Positions 20,001 through 29,325 of a DNA stretch of 32,218 bases are shown here, one piece after another. Below the pieces are notes generated by a model. It worked only from the letters and a program-made list of their open reading frames with translations. It made no database searches and was not told where the DNA came from. Made by a program: the position numbers and the translations under genes. The stretch is taken from IMG/VR virus record IMGVR_UViG_3300032270_001236, positions 1 to 32,218 of that record; one strand, given 5' to 3'. How positions within the stretch are numbered: the stretch's first letter is position 1; each line of letters begins with the position of its first letter. Source of the stretch: a virus. Taxonomy: Duplodnaviria; Caudoviricetes.

Positions 20001-23000
20001 TATATTTCCAATTTCATCTTCAGATCCTCCTTTTTGAACACCTTCAACAAAAATATAATCACCAGGAACAAATGGTGGAGTAGTAAATCCATAAATTGGA
20101 GGAGTTCTAACATTAGCATGAACTATTCCATTTACCGTTGTTGTTACACCAGTAATAGTGACACCATTACTATTATTAACAACATATAACCTGTGGGAGG
20201 AAGATGATAATCCTTTTGGTCTTGATATTATTCTCACATCTCCAATTGAACTTCCATTTAATCCAAGTTCCATTATACCAGGAGAAACTTTTTTTCTTGA
20301 CAAAGTATCAACTAAAACAAAATTTGGTTTTGAAAGGTAATTTTTTCCACCATAAACAACCTTAATTTCTGATATTTCCTCATTATTTGATAATAGTAAT
20401 AATGTATTTAAATTTGCGGATGGGCGCAAAGTCTTATCTGATGGGTAATCAAAACCATCGTTGGAAATTTCAATTGATTTTAATTTACCAATAGAATCAG
20501 ATTGTATAGAAATTAAAGCACTATTTCCAGATATTCTTTTTGAAAAAGCAGTATCAATTCCTATTATTCTTGGCAATTGTGTGTATCCAGATCCACCACT
20601 TAAAAGTTTTAGTGAATGTATTGGTCCAGTTGTATTTTTTGAATCTGTATAATAACGTATGTTTGCATTTTCTCCAGAAACATAATTTAAATTTTCTGGT
20701 ATAGTGTTTAAACTGACATAAAAACTCGTATTTGATACTCCAGAAATAACATAATTTGTCTTATTATATAAACTTTCTGTAAATATTATTTGATAATCAG
20801 TTTCATTGGTATTTGAAAATATTGGATAACCATCTTTAGTTAGTGTGTAATATAATGGTGGAATTGAACTGTCATAATTGACCGTAAGAGACCCATTAAT
20901 ACCTAGAGTTCCACTAGTTTCCACATTAAATCTTGATGTTAATCCAGTTGAAACAAAATTCTTATTGAATTTTTTATCATAAAAAATATTAAAATTATAT
21001 CCAGTTAATGAAGAATCTGAAAGATCAAAAGAAAGATTATTATTTCTTATTGATATTATTTGTGGATTTATTGTGGATAACTCTTGTCCACTACCACCAA
21101 TATTTTGTATATCTAATTCCTGTACTGGGAAAGATACTGAATCGTAATAAGTTTCACACAATTTAATTATATTACTATCAACTTTATTTACGTAGTAAAT
21201 ACCTGTTGAAATTCCACCGTTAATATAATTTTCTGTATCATAAAAAACTTTTTGACCGGTGTAAAATTTGTGAGACGGTATTGTAATAGTATTTTTTGAA
21301 GTGTTTATTCCAGATGAATTAAAAGATATTACGTCAACTAAAAGTTTATGGAAATTTGAATTATATTTTACTTTTAATGGTAATGAAGTGGTTATCCCAC
21401 CAGAAGTTGTGTTTGGAATAACTTCAAGATTAATAGTTTCTCCATTGTTTAGATTATGTGGATTGTAAGTAATAATTTGTGATTTTATCTTTGATGCAGT
21501 TCCAGTTACTATTTTATTGGCAGATTCTACTTGTTCAAATTTATAGTCATAACTATTTGAACCGTTTGATATAAAATACAAACCAGAAGATGTTGTAGTT
21601 AAACCAATTTGAGTTACTATGCCAATAAAATCTTTTGATTTTTTAATTACATACAAGTCTACACTTTGATTAACATTACTTGGAATAGAAAATTGACTAG
21701 AAGATGGTGAGTTAGAAACTGTAATTAGTGTATTATTTAATGATCGACTAACTGTTAATGAAATAATATCATTTGTTTCAAATGGATGATTTGGTAAATA
21801 TATTGATCTTGTTGGTATAGAAACTTTTTTAGCAAAGTCTCCGTAATATTGAGTGGAAAGAACGTCAAGTCCATCGGCAGTCCCAACACCAATTGAAAGA
21901 TTGGGATTGAAATAAACTATCGATTTATTGTTCGAAACAAAATTATTTACATTTAAATTTATTTTGAATTTGCAAGGTATTTCAATTACTGTTGATGATG
22001 ACGTATGCGATATTCCTGTTTGATTACGTTGACATCTTAATATATTGTCATCAAAAATGTTTAAAATAGTAAATTTTTCATCCCCTATTGAAATGCTGCT
22101 ACCAATACTAACATTAGGTAATGGTTTGTCCAAATAGATGTCTGTAATTACACCAACTGTATTTGCCGAACTTAAATCTCTAAGCAAAATTGAAGATGCA
22201 GTATCAACTTTTATTTTATGATTTCCACTCAACCTTTTTATTGATGAAGTACTTAAACCACTAATTTGAATATAATCTTGATCTGAAAAATTATGGGATG
22301 GTAAAACAGTTGCTACTATAGAATTACTATTTTCCCAAGAAAATACAACATTTTCATATTGGGTATATGTAGTGTTAATTCTCTCAATATCTACTCCATT
22401 AAAAACACTAGAAACTATGGCAGATGCCCCCGACCCACCAGTATCTGCATTATCGAAAATAACACTATCACCAACACTATATCCAGATCCTGGAACTTCA
22501 ACTAATATGTTTTCTAATGATCCGGTATCTACAGATTTTATCTCACATTTTTGTTTTAATCCGTAATTTTTTGGTAAAAAATAATTTCCAGAATTTTTTC
22601 TATTAACTCTATATGGGAAAGTATTTCTTAATAATAAATCAGCATCTAAATCTAAATTTTGATCTAAGATAAAATTATCTGATGGTTTGGATCTAAAAGA
22701 ATTGCCAATAATATATGGAAATTCTGGAACTATTTCTGTTTGGGCAGAAGTACTAATGTCTAGTTTAGTGCTTACAAAATAGGCATATACCCCATTCGGA
22801 AATTCTGGAGTTTTGGCAAATCTTCCATTATGCTCATCCAAATCTCCAGAATTTGTAAATTTATAATCATCCACAAAAAATCCAGCAGGTAATATATCTA
22901 AAGATGGTCTATTATTAATATTTGATGGTTGCAACTCATATCCAGTTTTTAATGTAATAGCTTCAGAAGAGAAATTGAAAGGATCTTTATATCCATACGG

Positions 23001-26000
23001 TCCATATATTGGATTACCGTCTTTTGCCCATCCAATTATTCTAGAGTGGAATATGATTGGATCTGGATCATTAAATTCTACACCTTCTCTAAACGAATAA
23101 TATCCATTTATTCCATATGTTAATCCTGTTTTTTCTTTATTTTCTAAATAAAATTCACCAGGATATCTATAATAATCATTAACTATTAAAGATCTTATAG
23201 TTGGAACTAAAACTACTCCTTGCCCAATTGTAGACACGATAATGGTGGTGGAGTTATCATACCCAACACCTGAATTTAAAACTACTACAGAATCTAGTAA
23301 TCCATCAATTACAACAGCTCGTAATTTGCAACCTATCCCACTACCAATTACTTCCAAATCAATAGATTCATCATAATTGGATCCTTTATTTTGAACTTGA
23401 ACTGATATTATTTTTCCATTAAAAATCAAAGGTTTTAATTGAGCACCAGAACCTTTTTTTATAGTTATTAGAGGTTTAATATTTAAATTAAGTGCGGTAG
23501 ATCCATAATCGGATCCAGGATCATATAAATATGCACCAGTAACTTTTCCTCTAACTATTGGTGTTAAATTTATGGCAGAAGTAATCCCACTGTACTCAGC
23601 ATCTACCTTTACAGAAATTTTTGGATATGAAAAAGTATGATACCCATTTCCGACCAAAGATATAATTGTTGGATTTCTTTTTATATAATTTGACTTACTA
23701 GTTGTTGTTTCATCGTCATCTATTCCTCCACCATCAGATAATTGGAATGAATTATCATTAATTTTTAAAACATAATATTTTTTAGATGTTGATAATCCAA
23801 CTATAGGTTCTTGACTATAAGAATAATTAATCAAATCACCTTCATTAAAATTATGTTCTTTGAAGGTTATAATACTAGTTTGTGTTGATATTCCAGATGC
23901 ATTAACATTTAAAGACTTATAAGAATATCCTTCTCCTGGATTGACAACTCTAACGTAGGATAAAACTTTGATTGGTTCAAATAATCTAAACTTATGGATT
24001 CCATAAGTATTGACATCTGTTAGTCCAATAGTATTAATACCACTATTTAAATCTGAATAACTTGAAAATATTTGAATACTATTTGGATTGAGGACCTTTG
24101 TAAAATAAGTTGCACCATTAATTAAATATTCTCCACTATCCAAATTTGAACCTGCAAATGATCCGATACCAATTCCCAAATTTCCATTAGGATTATAAAC
24201 TATTTTTTCACCGTTATTTAAACCATGTGGTTCTTTAAAGATGAAAGAATCATTTTGCAAATCAAGAGATCCCCCAAGATCTAAAATTTCTGCACTAAAA
24301 ACAATTTCTCTATATTGTTTTTTAATAATGGGTTCAAAGACTGCATTTTTGCCATTTCCACCTTTTGCAGAAATAGATATGATTCTTTCAATCCCAAATT
24401 GTTGAGGATCGACCAATACTTCTTTAAATTCACCCGTTACTATTAAATTTATTTTTGCAGTATTTCCAATACCAGTATTTGGTGAAGTAATTTCAACTTG
24501 GGGAGGATTAATTACATCATAACCAAAACCAGGATTTGAAACATCAATTCTTTCTAATGGTCCATAATAAACCCTATCAGTCGATTTATAATTGATAATA
24601 TCTACACCATTAATTAACGTTCCAATTACACCAGGTTCTGTTTCTATTTGTACTTCATCAGAATTAAAATCTTGACTTAACGAAATTTTTTTAAGAGAAT
24701 TGGATGGATTTATAACTTGTGACGCATGTTGAACAAGAACAAATCTGTGCTGCCCAATTTGAGTATTTTTATCAAACCTTAAAAAATCTTTTACTGGTAA
24801 AAAAGAAATTGCAGAATATAATCTTATTTTATTTTTTTGTGGCAAAACCTCAACATAAAATTCTAAATTATTTTGCAATCCATTTATGGGTGAAGATGTG
24901 GTATAAAAATACTTAACTACATCTCCAGTTAAAAATGGAACTTCATTAGCAAAAGATAATATTGTATATTTACCTCCCAAAATTCCATCAAAAAATTCAT
25001 TTGCATCTTGGGCATTTGATATAGTTTTTGAAGATTCTTTAATATTTAAGGTTATTTCTCTTGGTGGTAAAGAATTTGAGGCAACGTACATATCATTTTC
25101 ATGCACGTATGTATTTTGAACATTTGTTAATATATTTTGATATTTTAATGGTATAGTAGAACTAGACGCATAGTTATATTTTCTTCTTATTGCTATTTTT
25201 TGCTGTGGTAAAACCCCAGATATTGATGTATCCAAAGTTATCGCATTATTTGAAATAGAATTAACAACAACATTAGATAAAACTACCATTTCGGTATCTT
25301 TTAACAAAATGTCAACAATATCATTTGTTTTTAAACTACTTGGATGGGGATTTTCGTAAACATTTATTACCGGACTTCCTAGAGTAAAAAATTGAACATC
25401 ATAACTGGTTCTAATGTTATAAACCCAAGAATTAAAAGCATATTCTTTTATAGTTTTATTTTGAACATCAAATCTAATATCTTCACCAAATTGACCCAAA
25501 TTAACCGTATCGTTTGGTTTTAATAAATTAAAATTTTCGATTCCTTCAACATCATATAGTGATCCAATAACAATAAATTCTATTTTTTTAGAAGTATCTC
25601 CATCCTCATATCCATATACTACATAATCTTTAAAATATAAATCTTTTCCAGAATTTATTGATTTTAAAACTCCAGTACAACCATAAAGTTGATTAACACT
25701 CTTACTTTGATATGTAATTTCTTGACCATCACATACAAATGTTCCAGAATTTTTAAATCCCACAGTCGAATCAACGCTAATGGTTGATGCTCCTGCCAAA
25801 ACAGAATCTGTAATTTTAGACTTTGGAGTAATTACAAAATTACCTTCAATTAAATCATCATCACCATATCCATAAAATAAATGAATTTTATAAACTGTTT
25901 TATTATTTTTTGTCGATATGTCTACTTTTGATATTGGACCTGAAAAACTTCCATCATTACTTTTTATTTGTTGTCCAACTAATTTAAATGGATTTGCACC

Positions 26001-26756
26001 TTTTGTTATTAGATCACATACAACTACACTTCTGCGAAGATATTCTGCATCAGATGGTTTTAATAAGAAATTTTCTAGATTTATAATTTTTGGAGTTTCG
26101 TTATATAATACTTTAAAAAGAATTTTTATTGATTCGTCGGTTCCCTTTGATTGATAAAAAGATTTTATTTTTGAAATAAAAGTGTTGATATTTAACTCTG
26201 GTGAAAATTCAAAATCTTCAAATCCTGGAGCAAAAAGATACTTTAATTTTTTATAAAATTCTTTTAAAAATAAAGAACTCAAGTTAGTAACAACTGATCC
26301 AGATTTATGTAAAGTTGCTTGAGATGAAGAAAAAATTAATTCTTCTGGATTTTGGGGATCATTAAAGGACGTTACTGCAGAAAATCCGCGAGAACATCCT
26401 AAAAAGGTATTATTATCAATTTCTTCATAAGTAACAATTTCATCATCAATTTTTAATAAACCATATTTTTTTGGAAATCCTTTTGTTGAAGAAACTGTTA
26501 TTGACTTTGAATCTACTGCTATATTGGATGACAAATAAATTTCATCAGAAACTAATTTATCGTTTAAATAATCAAAATTTAAATATTGATCTAAATTTTC
26601 TATTAAATCTGTTGGAGCGCCCTCAAATTCTTGAGAAATATAATATTGACGCAAAAATTCTAAAAATTTAGGATTTTCTTCTAAAATAAATTCTGGTATT
26701 TGATTATCAATAATTTGATTTATCTTTATTCTACTCTCAAAATTTGTTGATATCAT
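14031..26756 (-). CDS. gp7: Giant baseplate wedge initiator gp7-like protein (4241 aa)
   Basis: Between gp6 and gp8; QIPEFI..FLEFLRQYY, FYQSKGT..SIKILFKVLY, DNDYYQNLSYSIKS..LVHPIG motifs; many repeated modules. Confidence 0.85.
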   Translation of the reverse strand: MISTNFESRIKINQIIDNQIPEFILEENPKFLEFLRQYYISQEFEGAPTDLIENLDQYLNFDYLNDKLVSDEIYLSSNIAVDSKSITVSSTKGFPKKYGLLKIDDEIVTYEEIDNNTFLGCSRGFSAVTSFNDPQNPEELIFSSSQATLHKSGSVVTNLSSLFLKEFYKKLKYLFAPGFEDFEFSPELNINTFISKIKSFYQSKGTDESIKILFKVLYNETPKIINLENFLLKPSDAEYLRRSVVVCDLITKGANPFKLVGQQIKSNDGSFSGPISKVDISTKNNKTVYKIHLFYGYGDDDLIEGNFVITPKSKITDSVLAGASTISVDSTVGFKNSGTFVCDGQEITYQSKSVNQLYGCTGVLKSINSGKDLYFKDYVVYGYEDGDTSKKIEFIVIGSLYDVEGIENFNLLKPNDTVNLGQFGEDIRFDVQNKTIKEYAFNSWVYNIRTSYDVQFFTLGSPVINVYENPHPSSLKTNDIVDILLKDTEMVVLSNVVVNSISNNAITLDTSISGVLPQQKIAIRRKYNYASSSTIPLKYQNILTNVQNTYVHENDMYVASNSLPPREITLNIKESSKTISNAQDANEFFDGILGGKYTILSFANEVPFLTGDVVKYFYTTSSPINGLQNNLEFYVEVLPQKNKIRLYSAISFLPVKDFLRFDKNTQIGQHRFVLVQHASQVINPSNSLKKISLSQDFNSDEVQIETEPGVIGTLINGVDIINYKSTDRVYYGPLERIDVSNPGFGYDVINPPQVEITSPNTGIGNTAKINLIVTGEFKEVLVDPQQFGIERIISISAKGGNGKNAVFEPIIKKQYREIVFSAEILDLGGSLDLQNDSFIFKEPHGLNNGEKIVYNPNGNLGIGIGSFAGSNLDSGEYLINGATYFTKVLNPNSIQIFSSYSDLNSGINTIGLTDVNTYGIHKFRLFEPIKVLSYVRVVNPGEGYSYKSLNVNASGISTQTSIITFKEHNFNEGDLINYSYSQEPIVGLSTSKKYYVLKINDNSFQLSDGGGIDDDETTTSKSNYIKRNPTIISLVGNGYHTFSYPKISVKVDAEYSGITSAINLTPIVRGKVTGAYLYDPGSDYGSTALNLNIKPLITIKKGSGAQLKPLIFNGKIISVQVQNKGSNYDESIDLEVIGSGIGCKLRAVVIDGLLDSVVVLNSGVGYDNSTTIIVSTIGQGVVLVPTIRSLIVNDYYRYPGEFYLENKEKTGLTYGINGYYSFREGVEFNDPDPIIFHSRIIGWAKDGNPIYGPYGYKDPFNFSSEAITLKTGYELQPSNINNRPSLDILPAGFFVDDYKFTNSGDLDEHNGRFAKTPEFPNGVYAYFVSTKLDISTSAQTEIVPEFPYIIGNSFRSKPSDNFILDQNLDLDADLLLRNTFPYRVNRKNSGNYFLPKNYGLKQKCEIKSVDTGSLENILVEVPGSGYSVGDSVIFDNADTGGSGASAIVSSVFNGVDIERINTTYTQYENVVFSWENSNSIVATVLPSHNFSDQDYIQISGLSTSSIKRLSGNHKIKVDTASSILLRDLSSANTVGVITDIYLDKPLPNVSIGSSISIGDEKFTILNIFDDNILRCQRNQTGISHTSSSTVIEIPCKFKINLNVNNFVSNNKSIVYFNPNLSIGVGTADGLDVLSTQYYGDFAKKVSIPTRSIYLPNHPFETNDIISLTVSRSLNNTLITVSNSPSSSQFSIPSNVNQSVDLYVIKKSKDFIGIVTQIGLTTTSSGLYFISNGSNSYDYKFEQVESANKIVTGTASKIKSQIITYNPHNLNNGETINLEVIPNTTSGGITTSLPLKVKYNSNFHKLLVDVISFNSSGINTSKNTITIPSHKFYTGQKVFYDTENYINGGISTGIYYVNKVDSNIIKLCETYYDSVSFPVQELDIQNIGGSGQELSTINPQIISIRNNNLSFDLSDSSLTGYNFNIFYDKKFNKNFVSTGLTSRFNVETSGTLGINGSLTVNYDSSIPPLYYTLTKDGYPIFSNTNETDYQIIFTESLYNKTNYVISGVSNTSFYVSLNTIPENLNYVSGENANIRYYTDSKNTTGPIHSLKLLSGGSGYTQLPRIIGIDTAFSKRISGNSALISIQSDSIGKLKSIEISNDGFDYPSDKTLRPSANLNTLLLLSNNEEISEIKVVYGGKNYLSKPNFVLVDTLSRKKVSPGIMELGLNGSSIGDVRIISRPKGLSSSSHRLYVVNNSNGVTITGVTTTVNGIVHANVRTPPIYGFTTPPFVPGDYIFVEGVQKGGSEDEIGNITFPGDGFNSEDHGYNFFKVVDFINDAGSAVLKYDVSPYTLNPGIPVISQTVYSSAINENVYPVFEITQIKSDFIDGEKLYINETSTEIEIKGLLNNSINVSKTSDNIKKFDVIKGTISNSKAVVSDIFEYSARFNYSSLSRASVGWSNDTGKLNFDTQSLPDNDYYQNLSYSIKSNVEYDKFSEALNKLVHPIGTKNFGEIGFSSSSKTSIGGTSSLTTVLNLDNENSVDIIKNYDLVVDYEAFSGSSSNIKLLNKKLSNYIECKSNRVLPIDDISNSFSSSEFNKDEFLEAISYDINGFYSKFLVQVYNTPQTENEEKSYQISDLVILNDFKNTYTLNKSDLYTNFSLGDFKGELNNVGDPTLLFTPADPYNTKYELKIYRESFTLPNVTGFGITNYGFLRLFSEARTVKNEVGFTTSVFRALSSDYHTIHSSSLIINTSDYSLNYYEVVGTYDGTNTHLAEFYFDSSQYLGGYSSGYIGTFGLVENSGILSLNFTNNTNDNIVIKSKTVAIGKTSLGEGVHRFLVEDQIPGSEKTCRIESDYLYITGISTIKTFDSSVESGLKSLIRVSVGSTVSVYQILVVGDQTYTKIQSDPFITVGTSVGLGTFSTVNDGSLVNVIFHPDPNFVSTKLLIQSIDHFIYAENDEFNTPETKILSYGPTIERLYTNQYGSINNYGKDRLDFDLNWNRTPIFEKTFNPKNAKQFDILTGIFSISNHLFEDNEELIYTPGSTLIGVAASAIGISTTIVGGTYFVGDSIVGFKTVTGIASSEGIITSDSNVFYGPNITNGTKIVSVGQTYSYFVGSVSSGSTVITGIANTTILKIGSGIFSGNNTQYGTIVSIGINSITSSVNLPSSNNNVYYANNLNYSATLNNVSAATTFRGTYQVGIITNICPSTVYTKKLGENNFTLIGTKNGIGLTFTTYGSGNVHKLEMKKKLEKTVLTINGVLQAPLTYTPLSKTLSRNNGGLVSTGATFISLSGISSIQPIDILKVDDEYMTVIGVGIGTTPSGPITGIGTFQLCNVNRGTLGSIGSTHLDNSQVRIYRGSYNIVGNKIWFSEAPDGKGNNALFADNYLPLPKSTFNGRVYLRKDYTTNRIYDDISLEFTGIGRTFTLYNEDEVVSDSQPGNSIVMLNDIFQTPDTQTNTGNNYETLTNNGISSIRFKGITLPNTSDSFTVDYDVNQNDLPRGGILVSVAFTGGYGYAPLIGVPSEVLDVRVGTGGSISHIGFTTSIIVGLALTGVIGVTTNRITGINTSNIKINQKVMNILNKYVDEIKFVPQYVNLKVPNQTNILQFDTLVSGIGSNSITLSKTTTNTSSLTTSFGFDFGDEFRGSGYYSTIPVAIKDNSHVGSAATIIAKVGSGGSITEFNIIHGGTGYTDPSVSISDPSYQNLAIKGIYRPSIGYATTTGIGLSITVEVSPSQRTGIESSSSYVSNFTITKPGYNFELGDIFAVSGLTTAKGLAKPFEELVFTVTEVKADTFASWQVGEFDFVDSLKSLQNGIRTRFPLVRDNKLLSFEKSKTDPAAAIIDFSSILLIFINGVMQEPGSSYTYTGGTTFKFSEPPKQSDNISVFFYRGTKDVDSVEVTVYPTIKSGDTVQIKKNNSLPSSLDQDPRVISYITSSDTFETGIYFGQGIDELNYKPIDLIRQKTDIITNNIVQYKDRDSLESIVLPTSKVIKSINSSDNEIFVDNAEFFNYEENNFDLNINSFDAVIIDPITQVSAALTATVSTSSTISSINIIDGGSGYIGIGNSLLLKMNSTPGITTEAIIYATVSSAGTITSPFNIVNPGYGYTVDNAPQVIAPMPSFKNELIENIQFVEGFAGIITGITTCPGIGTNMAIKFFTSYNQNSLVETLKVGYPIYVFDTVVGNGVTSINSNGSSIISIGTTYCDNIYEIHQIVDLNLRGELICNISSNTNITGINTSGLTQKGKFSWGRFSNITRSSSPISIALTAYTTTSGLSTFPTIQRRGYGLRNLGGLIKIVVE

Positions 26757-26757
26757 A

Positions 26758-28638
26758 TTACCTCGTTATTTTACCGTTTGAATAACTTGATGTTACTGGA
26801 AAATCGACTCCAGAAATTTGTTCGCCAGAAACAATAGTATCTCTTAGCATATTTATGCCATTTGAACTAGAGTTAACATCAAAAATAACATACAAATCTC
26901 TTAACCCTATAATATCATTAGACTCTGGATATGCTTGAACTTCTATCACACCATTATTTAAATTTGTTGATGTTATATTGATTGTATTAATTAATATTTC
27001 TCCCGTTTTATAGTTGACAGTTCCAATTGATTTTTTAACTATTTGAAAAATTTTTAAATCTTCCAAAGGTTTAACTATGGTTAAATCTCCAATATCACTG
27101 CTTGTGGCAACATCAACAAAGAAACATGTTCCAGTTTCACCCAAAACAGTAAATCCAGTACTCTTAATATTATATTTTCCAATTTCTTTGTGGAATTGAT
27201 TTCCAAAACACAATTCATATTGTGCAAAATTATTTAAAACGCAATTTAAATTACGTCTCATTTTAATTTTGGTAATATTAGATGTTATAGATGAATCAAC
27301 ACTATCAATTAATTGAACAACCTTACTATATCTAAATCTTCCTGTTGTTTTTGTGGAATTTATAGATTTTGCATAAGATTCTAAAGATGTCAATACCTTT
27401 TCTTTTAATATTGAAGAATTCAAAATTCTATTTGGATTATAGTAAATAGAACTATCAATTTCTACATAGAGAACCTTGAGATCCATTATTTGGTGATTTA
27501 TTCCTATCACTCCATATTTTTTTATTTTTTTAAGAATATCACTTTTTGTAAAATCGGATAATCTATAAGAATCTTTTGGTTTAATACTTATAAAAACATT
27601 GCCATATTGTGGAGGATCCATAATTTCTCCACCTATAACAGTTACCGCTTCAGCTTCTGGATAGATAAATTTAACTATGGATTCATAATCAACTGAAGTA
27701 ACTGCTCTATATTGAGAAGAATATAATCTTGGAGCAAAATATTTAATAGAATCAATTGATTCTAGATCATTACCTCCAGTAGCAGAAGAAACTGTTGTTA
27801 TTGAAATTGGTGCTGTAGGAGTTTGAATTTGGTCTAAATTATTTGTCAAAATTCCAGAAAAGGAAAATAAAGATGGACCATCTCCACCTTTTCCATCAGT
27901 AATTATATAACTAACATCTACCGTTGATCCACCTTCTAATTTTTTTCCTAAAATTCCATCTCCAAATATAATTTGATATCTATTATCTTCTATTTCCTGT
28001 ATTAAATAAATTTCGGATGTATCATTAACTTCTGTGATATTATCAATCATATTATATTGAATACCATTTACTTTGACTACAATAGTACTGGTATCAATAT
28101 TCGCATTAGTTAAAATAAATTTATAATTTAATGTAGAAATATTTGCAAATTGTTGAGTTATTAAATTTCCCTGATAAATTTCTATATCCGTAAAAGAAGC
28201 TATTGCAGAATCTGCATCAACTGTTGTAATAATATTTTCTGGTATAGAAAATACGTATGAGCTATTATCGGTTGGAGCAATACAAACTAAACCCGATTTG
28301 AGTATAAGTTGAGTTGGTGCAGTAACTGGGACTCCTAAATTAACATCAAATGATATGACTGCTCTCGAACATCTTCTTGATCTAGGAACATAACCTACGT
28401 TTCTTGCCAAAGAAACGACGTTTTCTCTTACAGTTGCCGAATCTAAAAAAGATTCATTTACAACCATATTTGCATTAAATGCTGTTATGTAAGTATTATA
28501 TGCTAAAATATCTATTAAAACAGAAAAATTGGATCCTTCAAAGTCAAAATCAGTAAAATTAGAGTTTGACCTAAGGTAATCTTTTATTGATGTTTTAATT
28601 TCATCGAAATCTAGATTAGCAAATCTGGTAAAAGGCAT
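26758..28638 (-). CDS. gp6: Baseplate wedge subunit gp6
   Basis: LDFDEIK, FTDFDFEGSNFSVLIDILAYNT, NESFLDSA, RAVTSVDY, FGDGILGK motifs. Confidence 0.95.
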   Translation of the reverse strand: MPFTRFANLDFDEIKTSIKDYLRSNSNFTDFDFEGSNFSVLIDILAYNTYITAFNANMVVNESFLDSATVRENVVSLARNVGYVPRSRRCSRAVISFDVNLGVPVTAPTQLILKSGLVCIAPTDNSSYVFSIPENIITTVDADSAIASFTDIEIYQGNLITQQFANISTLNYKFILTNANIDTSTIVVKVNGIQYNMIDNITEVNDTSEIYLIQEIEDNRYQIIFGDGILGKKLEGGSTVDVSYIITDGKGGDGPSLFSFSGILTNNLDQIQTPTAPISITTVSSATGGNDLESIDSIKYFAPRLYSSQYRAVTSVDYESIVKFIYPEAEAVTVIGGEIMDPPQYGNVFISIKPKDSYRLSDFTKSDILKKIKKYGVIGINHQIMDLKVLYVEIDSSIYYNPNRILNSSILKEKVLTSLESYAKSINSTKTTGRFRYSKVVQLIDSVDSSITSNITKIKMRRNLNCVLNNFAQYELCFGNQFHKEIGKYNIKSTGFTVLGETGTCFFVDVATSSDIGDLTIVKPLEDLKIFQIVKKSIGTVNYKTGEILINTINITSTNLNNGVIEVQAYPESNDIIGLRDLYVIFDVNSSSNGINMLRDTIVSGEQISGVDFPVTSSYSNGKITR

Positions 28639-28639
28639 T

Positions 28640-29041
28640 TTATCTAATTGCCTCTAAAATGTAGGTGAATGTTTGTTTTGGTGTATTTTCGCCAATAATA
28701 GTAAAATAAACGATAATTTCAAAGGAATTTAAATCTGGGTATGGTGTAACTTCAACTTCAACATCAGTAACACGTGATTCAAAGTTAGATATGGCAAGTT
28801 CAACATAACTTTTTAATATTGAAGCAGTACCAAAATCTATAAATTCAAATAAAGTAGGTCTTATTTGAGATCCAAATAAAGGATTAAAAAATCTTTCAGA
28901 TGGAATTGTTTGAATAATATTTCTGATTGATTTTTTAATCGCAACTTCGTTAGTTAAGACGAGAATATCTTTGGTAATAGGGTGCATGTCAAAAGACAGA
29001 CTAATATCCTTAAATCCTTTTGATACTCTCGTTATTGCCAT
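28640..29041 (-). CDS. gp25: Baseplate wedge subunit gp25
   Basis: FKDISLSF..HPIT.D, AIKKSIRNII.T...ERFFNP.FGS, FESRV motifs. Confidence 0.93.
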   Translation of the reverse strand: MAITRVSKGFKDISLSFDMHPITKDILVLTNEVAIKKSIRNIIQTIPSERFFNPLFGSQIRPTLFEFIDFGTASILKSYVELAISNFESRVTDVEVEVTPYPDLNSFEIIVYFTIIGENTPKQTFTYILEAIR

Positions 29042-29068
29042 TAACGTATTAGGTCATATACTTTTTGT

Positions 29069-29076
29069 TATTTATA
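29069..29076 (-). promoter_or_regulatory. Late promoter (perfect TATAAATA)
   Basis: Exact consensus 27 nt upstream of gp25 ATG, heading the baseplate operon. Confidence 0.85.
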
Positions 29077-29322
29077 TTAGGACCAAGGACGTCCGTAAAT
29101 TGGTTCAGTTCCATAATCCCAATCATCATAGTCATTATCATTTCTGATAAATTCATGAGATTTTTCTGATAAACTAAATTTGTTTTTTTCAATGTCGTCA
29201 TGCATGATTTCTTGAATTACTTTTTTCTTTTCAGTAAAGACTTCGTAATCGGTTATGAGTTTTGTGGTTCCCCACATTTGATGCATGTAGTCTTTACTTC
29301 TATCTACTGGTAAATTTGACAT
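29077..29322 (-). CDS. Hypothetical protein (81 aa, acidic C-terminus)
   Basis: ORF with AGGAG SD upstream; MHQMWGTTKLITDY...DDWDYGTEP; fills the speD-gp25 gap. Confidence 0.8.
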   Translation of the reverse strand: MSNLPVDRSKDYMHQMWGTTKLITDYEVFTEKKKVIQEIMHDDIEKNKFSLSEKSHEFIRNDNDYDDWDYGTEPIYGRPWS

Positions 29323-29325
29323 TTT

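Noticed and set aside
500-26671. Numerous plus-strand ORFs of 60-125 aa in the ORF track
   Set aside because: All lie antisense to long, motif-supported minus-strand genes and have no recognisable motifs; shadow ORFs.
5341-26756. Inteins, introns or DGR variable repeats in the giant genes
   Set aside because: Frames are uninterrupted, and no intein end motifs, homing endonuclease motifs, reverse transcriptase or adenine-variant repeat pairs were noticed by eye.
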